Assembly (NCBI GenBank): GCA_030704615.1
Contig: CM060734.1
Location: 18,476,001 to 18,540,000, forward strand
Length of the DNA stretch: 64,000 nucleotides
Direction of reading: 5' to 3'
Source: Takakia lepidozioides
Lineage: Eukaryota; Plantae; Bryophyta
Of the stretch, positions 37,280 to 49,059 are shown one piece after another. A model generated the notes under the pieces. It was not told the DNA's origin and searched no databases. It worked only from the letters and a program-made list of their open reading frames with translations. Positions within the stretch are counted from its first letter, which is position 1; the number at the start of each line of letters is the position of its first letter. The translations under genes were made by a program, and so were the position numbers.

Positions 37280-40200
37280 TCACTGGTCTCCTGGATCCAT
37301 ATTCAGAAGAGTGTACACCTCTTGGGGGCTCAACCCTGGTGCATGTATGAAGTGATGAGTTGTGGAATTACACCGGAGTCTCTTTAGGTACACGTAGTAC
37401 AGATGCTTGCAAGGGCAGTATGATGCCCCCTTCTTCGCCATGATCTGGAAGTCGGTGCAATTGCAGGTGGGTAATTCTGAAATGGTGATGGTGTACACCT
37501 CATTGCGAACAGCTGAGCCTGCCGTGGCCATCTGATACACACGCCTGAAGCCTGGTGGGGGCACTTCTGTCAAGCTCTGGATTGTACAGTTCATCCGAAA
37601 TACATTCCCCATCCTTGTCTCGTTCACTTTTGAGGGAGGTCGCCGCCTCTTCAGTTTCCCCCAACGGTGTGTAGGATGCTTAGAGTTGTCGCGTCCGATT
37701 GTTCTTGCTCTCACAGGGGTCGGTGGTGGAGGCTATGGAAGCGGAAATGGTTGTCTGGGGACGTCAGTGCGCTGCACCATCCGAAATCCTGCGGCAGTAA
37801 GGGCATCGGCCTCAACCTGACTCAGATCGCAGTTTGGTTCCACCGGCCACACCGGGGGAGCCTCTGGGTTTTCCGTACTTGGACTTTCCATACACGCAAG
37901 TCATAATGTCGTGCCTGCAGAACCAGAACTGGGTGGTTGTCGCCTCCGCAAACTTTGCATGGACAAATCTTCCTGTAAAAGTAGAAGCAGGGACTGCCCC
38001 ATCTGGATTCCTCCTTATCATCTCTAAACAATGTTGCCGTGTATCCACTCAAATTGCGGAACACCTGCCTCGAAATGCCGGCTTTGTGCGAGCAATTCTC
38101 CACTGTGACGCAGACACAGTCGTCTCCACAATGGCTTGGCCATACTGCATAACAACGGGCGGAATCTGGGGCAAGCGAGCGGTGGGAATTTCTCGCTCGG
38201 AATCCCCGCTTGAAGGCGATGGCGATCTGGAAACGCTTGGGCTTCCACTGCTGGAAGACACATTGTGCGGCAACATGACGGGATCCTCCGCCTCACAGGG
38301 CGGGTACGGACGTCCCCCTCTAGGTGTTCACCTCTGCGGTGCAGAGGCGTCCCTTTGATCTTCTTTCGCAATGTTGTCGCCCATTTCAGTGGATTCTTCG
38401 ACCTCGAAGCTATTCGTACCAACAATTCCTCCCTGTCCGGGCCAAAGCCCCATTGTTTCCCGCTCAGGAACTTGTAGTACGTGGCTTGCTGCATGATTGC
38501 TCTTTCGATGTCCTCCGTTGTGGCCATCACTACGTCCACCAGATGTGCGGCAGAAGACGCTCGCCTGGAGGAGTGGACTGATTCTGCCATATTCGTGTTC
38601 GGCATGTCTGTGTTGGAATCCAAGCACCAAGGCTCCCAGATTGGTTGTCTCACCTGCACCTGACGTGTTCCACCAAGCCTCGATGATAGCAAACTTAACC
38701 TCCGCGTCATCAAATGTGGGTGCATCCTTCCATGCCGTACAAAGGACACGGTGTTCAGCTTGGAATGAGCTAGCAACAAATTTGGTAGTGTAGTGAGATA
38801 GACTTTGCATCCAATGGAATCCACAGGATCTCTCTTTCCCCTCCATTGGAACATTGGGGTCCTCACCGTACACACGCCGCACCGCTGCCCAGTTGGCCTG
38901 AGCGTTGTCTGCCATGAATCCCCTGAAATTGGGCTCTGGTAAACCCGCCCTTGCCATCCGCTCGTTTATGCCCTCCCACAGATGCATCTCCGACTGTGTG
39001 TCCTCCCCTTTCATCTCGCAGATTGCAATCGTCATGAGCCTCTTGGAGTGATAGTCATAAACATGCGCACCCATAGTCACCCACTGATGGTTTGTAATTT
39101 GCTTGATGTGGTCAAACATCACCCAAGCATTCGACAAGTTTCCAGTTGTCATGCGAGTGACCAAGTCGACTCCACTCTCAGGCCCACACGTTGACATTTT
39201 AAAAATGTAACAACGATCGGATTCGCTGCCTTGCCCTGGAAACCTGCTACCTTGGATGTAGTCATATCCAATCCTTCGTTTCACCTCCAGGATTGAGTGC
39301 ATGTCCGACCCCCGGCCAAACTCCTGCTTGCAAGATACGATGTGATTCCGCACATTCGGACTACAAACGTGCGAGACGGACTCCAACAGGTCAAGCATCT
39401 CCTCTTCATTCAAGGGCACTCGGACTGAACCATCTTCAGACATGATTTTGCCAAGAGCAATCTTGTGGGCTGCCTTGAGCTGAATCTGCTTTGGTCTGGC
39501 TCCGGGGCTCAATTTCACCTCCTCTTTTATGATGTCGTGTGCTTCCTGGCAACCTCCCGGATGTTGCCTCTCGCCAAGGGGTGGCAGTGGACCCCAATGT
39601 GTATGCAAGCTCTAGTAAAATCCGGGAGCAAATGGATTACATAATATTGCTTGGCTCTGCACATGGACATGCACGTCGGTGGTTTTTTGCAATGTGCGCA
39701 CTTGAAAGTACATGTCGGAGCTTGGCTGGAGACAATGAATGGATGATGGGTTGTGCCAGTCCAATCCGTCTCGTTTCTCCGCCCTCATTTGGAGATAAAG
39801 TGGAAGCAGGCGTGATTGAGGCACCTCAGTTTCCCCACACAGAGGACGTATCGTACACGAACCCCATCAGCAATTTTTGTGCTACTGGTCTTCGTCACAC
39901 ACTAGGGGTGTCCGTCATGCTTTCGATCCATGTCTGTTAACATCCCTGAGGCTTTGTTTGACAAAGTAACAGGTGGAAACTCGAAGATGACATTGCCATC
40001 GACTTCGGGAGACAGATACGTTACCTTCTGACTGGAAATTTGGCATAGTCAAGAGCAGCCAGCTCGGAGCGAGAACCATCGAGGTGATGTTGCCGTAGGA
40101 GCTGCACAATGGATTGGGTTGGAGTTATGCTCGAGGGTACATGCGTAGCACGTGCAGAGACGTCCATGTCGGATTTGAACGACCGTGTGGAGGACATGGG

Positions 40201-40600
40201 GACCTCAATGCACTCATCTTCCTCGTCGGAAATGTCGAATACCTCCACACGAGAAGCTATGGAGGGTCTTGACGGTCCAGGTCGAGAATGATTATCGTTG
40301 CATACCTCTCTGTTGGCAGTGGCCGCCTGTCGGTTTCCCGACTCCTTGGTGGATGGTGTCGGAAGCGACTGATTCGGAAAGGGAACGGGCATTCCCACAG
40401 CTCGGTACAATATGATGTCTGATGGGGGTACGTGCCATTCGATTCCGCAACCTCCGTCGTTACCTAGCACGACAATGGTCTCATCAACCTGTCCAGGAAC
40501 ATCCTTCCTTTCTTCTTCCAAATAAACTGTGCCCGGTTTGAGCTTGAATTTTGAACAAAGGTAAGTTTCAGTCACTCTGCAAAGTCCTCCCTCGTTTGGG
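37280..40600 (-). mobile_element. Mutator-like (MULE) DDE transposase pseudogene with N-terminal GCM-like zinc domain and C-terminal SWIM finger
   Basis: DGHP(W)...CVGKLRCLNHAC...CAHC...C..MC.AKQYY...H.GVHCHP (GCM-like, 39570-39930); WVMFDH (D), FMADNAQA (D), CGFHW (CxxH), TNMAESVH (E); SWIM PTCNCTDF..PCKHLYYV; stops and frameshifts. Confidence 0.82.
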
Positions 40601-41059
40601 ATCCAGGCTCTCCCAAGTTGCAGAGGACAGCAAACTATAGCGTAGGAATTCGGAGCCATCGAACTCCGCACGAAGTTGGCAAGTGCGAGGTTCACTATAG
40701 CGACAGACCAACTTCCAAGGCTCATAGGCACCACGTAATTGGATCTGCGGAGGCCATCGACGATTGGAAGTCGCACATTGAAGTGGAAAATAATGTTTCA
40801 AGCTACATGCATGAAGGTGGGAGGTATGATTCCATATCCAGTAAGTATGACAATGATGGCCGATTCGGCGACGAAATAACATCTCCTGACAGTTTCTCCT
40901 GAGGGTGGATCCACCAGTATTCTCGGTGCAGACATGAACGTTCGCACTGACAAGTGCCACGACTGTTAGTTAAAATGGTTAGACAACCAAGTTGTGCTAA
41001 TTAAGATAGACTGCAATTGTGCTGTTTCGGAACAATGCATCCCATTGCACATGGCTGAA

Positions 41060-42295
41060 CGGGAATGCGGTCCCGCATTCCAGTTCGACATCATCCTCTC
41101 GCTGATTGTGATCGGAAATGCGGCACCGCATTTCCGTCAACAGGGAAACCAAACTACTGGTGCAACGGAAATGCGGTACCACATTTCAGTCCACTGTACA
41201 AGCAGGCACATGGTGGAACGGAAATGCGGTATCGAATTTCGGTCGAGTGGAACTAGGAAGACACAGTAGAAAAGAATAGCGACAGCGCATTTTCATCGAC
41301 TGGGACACATTGGATAGGCAAGGACGGAAATGCGGTGCCGCATTTCCATCCGGGCTCTCCAGAGGACGGAAATGAGGTTCCGCATTTCCGTCCGGTATGC
41401 TACTTTCGATTGCTATTGGACAAAAATGCGGCACTGCATTTCCGTCCGAGGTGAACCTTTGTATTTTCAAGAACGGGAATGCGGCTACTCATTTCCGTCC
41501 AACGTGCAACGCCTGTAACAGTGGAACGGAAATGCGACACTGCATTACCGTCCAGGGGAATCCTTTCTACTTTCCAGAATGGAAATGCGGCACCACATTT
41601 CCGTCCAACATGTCAGGTATGTATAACACGGACGGAAATGCGGCGCCGCATTTCCATCCGACTCGTACCTTCCGACATTCCAGAACAGAAATGCGGCGCC
41701 GCATTTCCATTTTGCATCTCAGGCATGGAGCAGTGCGACAGAAATGTGGGCCACATTTCCGTCCGAGGGAAACCTTTATACTCTCCAGAACGGAAATGCG
41801 GTGGCGCATTTCCGTCCAACAAGTAAGGTATGTGACAGTGGAACGGAAATGTGGTACCGCATTTCCGTTGTGATTGAAAATCATGAAACACTACAACTGA
41901 AATGTGGCACCGCATTTCCGTCCAAGTCGTACCTTCGGACTTTCCAGAACGGAAATGCGGTGCCGCATTTCCGTCCAACAAGTAAGGTATGTAACAGTGG
42001 AACGGAAATGCATTTCCGTTCTCATTGTAAATCATGAAACACTGCAACTAAAATGTGGCAACGCATTTCCGTTCGAGTCGTACCTTCTGACTTTCCAGAA
42101 CGGAAATGCGGCGCCGCATTTCCGTTTTGTATGCCAGGCATGAAACCGCATTTCTGTTCGAGATGCAACTCAAAGCTGCCTTAACGGTAATGCGGCGCCG
42201 CATTTCTGTTTTCACTCTAACTCAGCAGACGCTGGGACGGAAATGCCATGATATGTGAACACGTGGACCAACGGAATTGCGGCACTGCATTTTGA
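41060..42295. repeat. Array of about 22 GGAAATGCGG-NN-CCGCATTTCC palindromes, about 53-bp period from 41368 to 42124
   Basis: Unit starts at 41422, 41475, 41528, 41581, 41634, 41687, 41740, 41792, 41845, 41898, 41951 and 42004. Confidence 0.95.
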
Positions 42296-42308
42296 TGTCT
42301 GCACTCAT

Positions 42309-45300
42309 GTGCCCAAAGCACTCGAGGAGGCGGAGGCACTCACTAGGTGGAGCCCCGCACACCGAGTTGCGGTGGGGGTGGTAGCTTAGTGGGACTTAGT
42401 GGGGGTGGCATAGGACTCACCATGGGGGCGGAGACCTTGTGGTGGGAGTCGTGGGGAGTCTTGGGACTCATCACGGTCCAAAGGGACCGTGGTGGGTGGG
42501 CCAAGACTCACCGCGACTCATCACCGAGAATCGAGGGTTTTCGTGCTGGTTCGCCATAAATGGTGGTGTTGTTTGTGAAACCCCCGCGGACAATCACAGA
42601 AGTATATATAGGGAGTAGTAACCTCGAGAACGGTGCAAGCCCGTTGGTGTCCAAAAACTAGTGAGTAAGCGTGCGAGCCGGAAAGCGACCAAGGTGTGGG
42701 GAGCTATTCCGGACTGCCATCGACCAAAGGGAATTTCCACTAGGCCCAAATTGGGAGAGGGTCTAGTGGAGGAGTAAAGGGGGACTGTTATGCCCCGATG
42801 AGCAGCCAAAGCTCCGAGTTGGCCCGGTGGCCAGTTTGGGAGTTAGGCGCGCGCATCAAGCGAGTAACTATGACTTGAAGGGGAGCTTACCGAAGTGAGG
42901 TGCGCGACACTTGGTATAAGAGCTTAGAGTTCAGTACGCGATTGTCCTTGGGATCGGCCTCATCATGGGGTCGGGCAAGCCAAAGCGAAAGCGGAACGGC
43001 CCGAAAGATGATAATCCTGGTGAGCCCGATGGGGGCGACGTGTCACCGAAGCGGCTATTTGAGGAAGCGATGCATGCCTTTGGAAGCGAGGCCGCTCAAG
43101 GACGGAAGGAATCTGAGGAGTCGAAGCCCGAGGAATCCCTGAGAGCTCCGACAGACCAACAGATGCCTCCCATGCCAGCAGCCTTTTGGGAAGGGTTGTT
43201 GGCGCAGTTTGGTGGGACGTTGAAAGACGTGTTAAAGGCGACTAATGCCACTTCCACTAAGGCAAAGTTTAAGGTGAAGCCTAAGGAACCCAACACCTTC
43301 GAGGGCGTCCGAAATCGGAAGGCACTCAACACCTGGCTCTTGGAGCTAGAGCAGTATTTCCGGGCGGCCAAGTTGGATGACGAGGATCGGGTGGAAGTGG
43401 CTCCCAGCTATTTGAGGGGCTATGCTCAACAATGGTGGCAGAAACGCCTTCACGACCGAGGTCCAAACCTGGAGACCTTGAACTGGAGTGGGTTCAAGGA
43501 ACTCATAAAGAGACAGTTTGTGCCCCTCAACGCGTCCTGGCTCGCCCGGGATAAGATGAGGAATTTGAAGCAAACGGATGACATTCGGGGATATGTTCAG
43601 GCTTTCAATGTACTGTTGCTTGAAGTCGCGGACATGGCAGAACCAGAAAATGGTCTTCAACTTTGTGGCGGGACTGGCCCCATGGGCCAGACAGAAGTTG
43701 GAGGAGAAGCCACCTAAGACTTTGAACGAGGCAATTGAAAGGGTTGAATGTTTCTCGGATGTCCCTAGGGGCGAAAGACAAGGCCGTACGGAGCTGAACC
43801 ACAAGAAGGTCCGGCGGGATGGTGACTCCTTCCGACCGGAAAAGAAATGGGATAAGCCACGCGGCGACAATGGCACATGGAAATCGAAGGGAGGGCCCTC
43901 ACACGTCAAGACGACACCCGGTGCCCCGAAAGGGAAACCAGGTGCGGCGGCTTATGGCGGACAGAAGGCAACCTTCGATGGAGTGTGCTTTAATTGCGGG
44001 AAGCCCGGGCACATGGCCAAGAAGTGTACGAATCCCCGACAATTGAACATGACTCGGGCAACCACAGAGTTATCCGAAGCCTCCATCAGCCGTTTGGTGG
44101 AGGTGGTGGTCGCCAAGACTTGCAAGGTAGGCAACTACTTTTGTGAGTTGTATTAGGAAACTGGCGCCTTGCGTAAAGGGAGTCAGTTAATGTTTGCGAG
44201 TGGGATAATCTCCGGAACTCACGTATCGTTGTTGGTGGACACAGGAGCGTCGCACTCCTTCCTGACACCGGCAACGGCACGGAAGCTGGGATTCCCGACA
44301 AGTGATGTGGGGGCCTCGATTGAGGTGCGTTCTGCTAAAGGAGAACCACAATTGGCGATGAGGTTGGCGTTCGATGTTCCTCTTCAGTTCGGGAATTGGG
44401 AGGGACGTGAGAACTTCACCATTTGCGAGATCGATGGAGTGGATCTCATTTTGGGGAGGACCTTTTTGAGCAGATCCGGAGCGGTCATAGATGGCCGCAA
44501 AAGAGTAGTCACGCTACCGTGTGGGAATGGTGGCGAAGTTTTACGAGTGTCGGAAACGCCCAACCCCGTGGGAGGGCGCATAAACCTTCTGTCAGCAAGG
44601 GAGTGGGCCGTGGAGGAGTCACACGAGCCCCAGTTTTTGCTTTACATAAGACAAGTGTGGCGTCCCATGGCTAAGAACCAAACCCCCACTTGACTCTTCT
44701 CTCCACTAGCTAGTTTGGCCGACTTCCTCCAAGTCCCGGCCAAGGGTGGAGCCTCTCAAGCTCCTCCCAGTGCACTCTTCTTGACCCACTTCAGGGCCAA
44801 GGATCGATCCTCCCCGAGGATGGAATCGCCTTACTGCAACAACATTTGCTTGCGACCGCTCGTGATGTCGCTTTTGGCATCACCTTGAGCAAAGGTTTGC
44901 CTTGAACCCTTTTTGACTAGGAAGATAACCTTGAACCAACTGTGCGCCTCAATCACTACAATTGGGTCCGCTTTGGAATGCTGGCATGAGGTACGGGAAC
45001 ACGCCGAAGCCGCACTACGACTTCGTCCCGAGGCTACACGATTATAGTACGTGAACGGAAGCAGGTAGCTTCCGCATTAGCCCACACTACAAGGCAACCC
45101 CCTTGGTAGGGCAGTTATAGTACACGCACGCGTCAGGTGCGCACTAGCACGTGAACTCCCAACGAAGGTGCAAGTTTCCTTGCCTCTTGGATGGGAGTCA
45201 CCCGATTTTGGCACTACACAAACACACGATTAATCCAATTTACCTCTCCCACTTTGTAAGCTTAGCATGCATTCTACACACTAGCCAACCATACCATGCA

Positions 45301-48300
45301 TCACCATTCCAAACAAAATAGGACGCACAACATTTGGAAACAATTTCTTTTATAACAAAATTTGTACAATACAAGTTTTTGCAATTGTATTCCTGAGCTA
45401 GCTAAGCCGGGCTAAGCATGTATTTCCTCCCCCATGCTCTAAGGTTGATGTCCCCATCAATGCTTCTTCCGCTTTTGAGGTCGCCCTTCGAAAGCTGCAA
45501 TCGCCTCGGATGCGTTTCCCATTTCTGAGGCACGCACCCAAGATGCCTCCACATGATGATAGCCCTTCCATGTCACGAGATACTCCGTCTCTCGATTCTT
45601 GAACCTTCTCGACTTAAGCACTGCCTCAAACTCGTACTCAGGTTCATTTCATGATCCAACAGCACAGGTGGCAGACGCAACACTTGAGGCCGATTCGGAC
45701 GCGCTTCATCTTTGAAGTAAGGCTTCAAAAGGGAGACGTGGAATACCGGATGCACCTTGCTGTCTGCCGGCAGCTCCAATTCGTACACATCCTCATTCAT
45801 GACTTTCCGGATGCAAAAGGGTCCTGCATATGGAGGTACGAACTTCGGACTCACTTCCGGAGGTAGTCGAAATTTTTTGATGTTCAACCAGACCTCCGTG
45901 CCTGCCTCAAACTTAACCTCCTCCGCTTCCGATTCGCCTGTCGTTCATACCGTTTCCTAGCTTTGGCAATGTTGTCTTTGCGAGCTTCAACAAACGCTCG
46001 CGTTCTTCCAGCACTGCCGTTGCTGCCGTTCCTCAACGTCTTGGCGGCCCAACTTGTCGGCACCAGAGGTAGAGGTGTTTTTTTCCATAGACCAATACGA
46101 AAGGGGAAACTCCTGTTGCCGGAATGTTTTGTGTTATTATAACAGAACTCTGCCGCATCCAAGTGCTCCACCCAGTCCGATTGGTCTGCCGACACGTAAT
46201 TCCGCATGATGTGCTTCACCACGGAATTCACCCTTTCTGTTTGGCCGTCCGTCGTAGGTCGGAAGGCGGTGCTCATTTTGAGCCTCGTCCCCATTTTCTT
46301 CCAAAGTACCCTCCAAAATTTACTAGTAACTTTGGATCGCGGTCCGAGACAATATCCTTCGGGAGTCCATGATGCTTGAAGACGTGGGCGAAGTAAAGTC
46401 GTCCCGTCTCCTGCGCCGTTGCTGTCTCCTTGGTGGGGATGAAATGACCCATTTTACTGAACCTATCCACCACCACCATGATTGCGTCGAATCCTTTTGA
46501 CAGCGGCATAACAGTCATGAAGTCCATCGAGACACTTTCCCAAGACCCCTCTGGAATCGGCAAGGGTTGTAACAGCCCCGCTTGCTTTTTGTACTCGCTC
46601 CGGTTTTGTTGGCATGTGATGCATGTCTTGACATACTCCTCGGCCGACCATCATGACATTCTCTCAAGAGACTATCTCTGATCCCTCCCATCGGCACATA
46701 GAGACATTTTTGCTTATACCGGAGCAGTCCATTTGCAAGTGGAACTTCGATTATTTAACCCCCATCCTCAAGTCCCGCGTCACGGACTTCGCCATCTCAT
46801 CCTTCCGGTAAGCCTTCCGAATCTTCCTTTGGAGCGCCGTCTCGCCCCTATACACCATCATGAGCTGCTGTTTTTTACTTAAAGCATCGGCCACCACATT
46901 GTTCCGTCTCGGTTGGTACTGGATATCCACGTCGAACAGTGCCAAAGTGTCTTGCCACCTAATTTGTTTTGGGGAAAACTTAGGCTGCGTGGCAAAATAC
47001 GTCACCGTGACATTGTCCGTGAATACCTTCACCGGGTTGGAGCCAATATAGTGGCGCCAAAGCTCAAGGCAATGCACCACCACCTTCATTTCTTTCTCAT
47101 GGGTTGGCCACCGCCGCTCCACTTCATTCAGTTTCTTACTTTGTAAGCCACTGGACGTCCTCCTGCATGAGTACACCTCCAATCGCGAAGTCCGATGCAT
47201 CCGTATGAATCTCAAATGGGGCGGTCGAACTCCGGGATTTCAGAGACTGGAGCTTCCGCCATCCGCTGCTTCAACTCGGCAAAAGCTTGGCCACAAAAGG
47301 TGTTCCATACCCCAGACTTTGGATTTACACAAGAGGTCTGACAGCGCCCCCGCGATCTGGCAAAATTTCTCACATACTTTCGGTAATAGGAGGCGAGTCC
47401 AAGAAGAAGGATCGCACTCCTGGGTCGAGTCGGAGGCTCCCAGTCCAAGATTGCTCTCACCTTTCTGTCATCCATTTTATCCATCCTGTGTAATCACATG
47501 CCCCAAGAAACTCCACGTTTGTGACCCCGAATTTGCACTTTGAAGTTTGGCATACAACTTCCTTCCCGTAATTTCTGGAACACCTTTTTGAGGTGCTCCA
47601 GGTGCTCTTCCTTTGTTTTCGGATTACCCCAAGATGTTGTCGATGTACACGATCACAAAGTCGTCCAACCACTCCTGGAAAAGGCTGTTCATTAGCGTGC
47701 TAAAGGTTGCGGGTGCGTTGGTGAGCCCAAATGGCATCACCAAGAACTCATAGGAACCATACCTTGTCCTGCACGCGGTCTTTTCCTCATCTCCTTCTGC
47801 CACTCGAATTTGATGATATCCGGAGCGCAAATCGATCTGACTGAAATACTTCGCTCCTGCCAACCGATCGAAGAGGTCATCGATCCTTGGCAAAGGGTAT
47901 CGGTTTTTGATAGTCACCTTATTCAGAGCCCTGTAATCGACACACATCCGCAGCGTCCCATCCTTCTTGTCTGCGAATAGCACCGGGGCTCCGTAAGGTA
48001 ACTTACTCGGCCGGATGTACCCCTTTGACATTAGATCCTTGAGCTGAGTCTTCAGCTCGACCAACTCTCTGTGGCTCAACCGGTAGTGTGCCTTGGCAAG
48101 CGGCTCCGATCCCGGTATCACCTAAATTTTGTGGTCAACTCCTCTTCGCGGTGGCAAGCCGCTTGGTAAATCCTCCGGCATCACATCCTGATATTTCTCC
48201 AAAATCCCCTTGATCCAATCTGGGCTCGGCTACAAACTCCTTGATGTGGGATGCCACAACTTGGATGTTCGTTTCTACAAAATGGACAAGTCAATGAGGA

Positions 48301-49055
48301 CATCGACTCCCTGTTGGTAGGGGTGTGTGTCGCGGCCCTTTGCCTTGAGGGCAGGGGGTCGGGTCGCAGAGGGGCTGCCCCTGTCGTGGGGGTGGTGGCA
48401 GCAATAGGTACGGGGGCTAAAGCAACCTCGAGTGCCCAAAGCACTCGAGGAGGCGGAGGCACTCACTAGGTGGAGCCCGCACACCGAGTTGCGGTGGGGG
48501 TGGCTCCACAAGGGGTGGTGGTAGCTTAGTGGGACTTAGTGGGGGTGGCATAGGACTCACCATGGGGGCGGAGACCTTGTGGTGGGAGTCGTGGGGAGTC
48601 TTGGGACTCATCACGGTCCAAAGGGACCGTGGTGGGTGGGCCAAGACTCACCGGATGGCGACTCATCACCGGGAATCGAGGGTTTTCGTGGTGGTTCGCC
48701 ATAAATGGTGGTGTGTTGTTTGTGAAACCCCCCGCGACGTCACAGAAGTATATATAGGGAGTAGTAACCTCGAGAACGGTGCAAAGCCCGTTGGTGTCCA
48801 AAAACTAGTGAGTAAGCGTGCGAGCCGGAAAGCGACCAAGGTGTGGGAGCTATTCCGGACTGCCATCGACCAAAGGGAATTTCCACTAGGCCCAAATTGG
48901 GAGAGGGTCTAGTGGAGGAGTAAAGGGGGACCGTTATGCCCCGGTGAGCAGCCGAAGCTCCGAGTTGGCCCGGTGGCCAGTTTGGGAGTTAGGCGCGCGC
49001 ATCAAGCGAGTAACTATGACTTGAAGGGGAGCTTACCGAAGTGAGGTGCGCGACA
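42309..49055 (+). mobile_element. Ty3/Gypsy chromovirus with 5'-truncated 5' LTR (42309-42909), gag-PR on +, inverted RT-RH-INT-chromodomain block (about 44652-48230) and 3' LTR ending at 49055
   Basis: 42309-42909 matches 48432-49055 and both end gcgcgaca; gag with CFNCGKPGHMAKKC; PR LVDTGASH; RT YIDNIL; INT TDGQTER and GPF; chromodomain EYEFEAVL..EYLVTWKGY..ASW at about 45480-45640. Confidence 0.92.
42912..42923 (+). promoter_or_regulatory. Primer-binding site (tRNA-iMet type)
   Basis: TGGTATAAGAGC, one mismatch to TGGTATCAGAGC, 2 nt after the LTR end. Confidence 0.8.
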
Positions 49056-49059
49056 CTTC

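Noticed and set aside
41368-42124. True CRISPR array
   Set aside because: Spacers are paralogous and recur in classes, repeats are degenerate, no cas genes are present and the context is eukaryotic; kept as a phased palindrome array.
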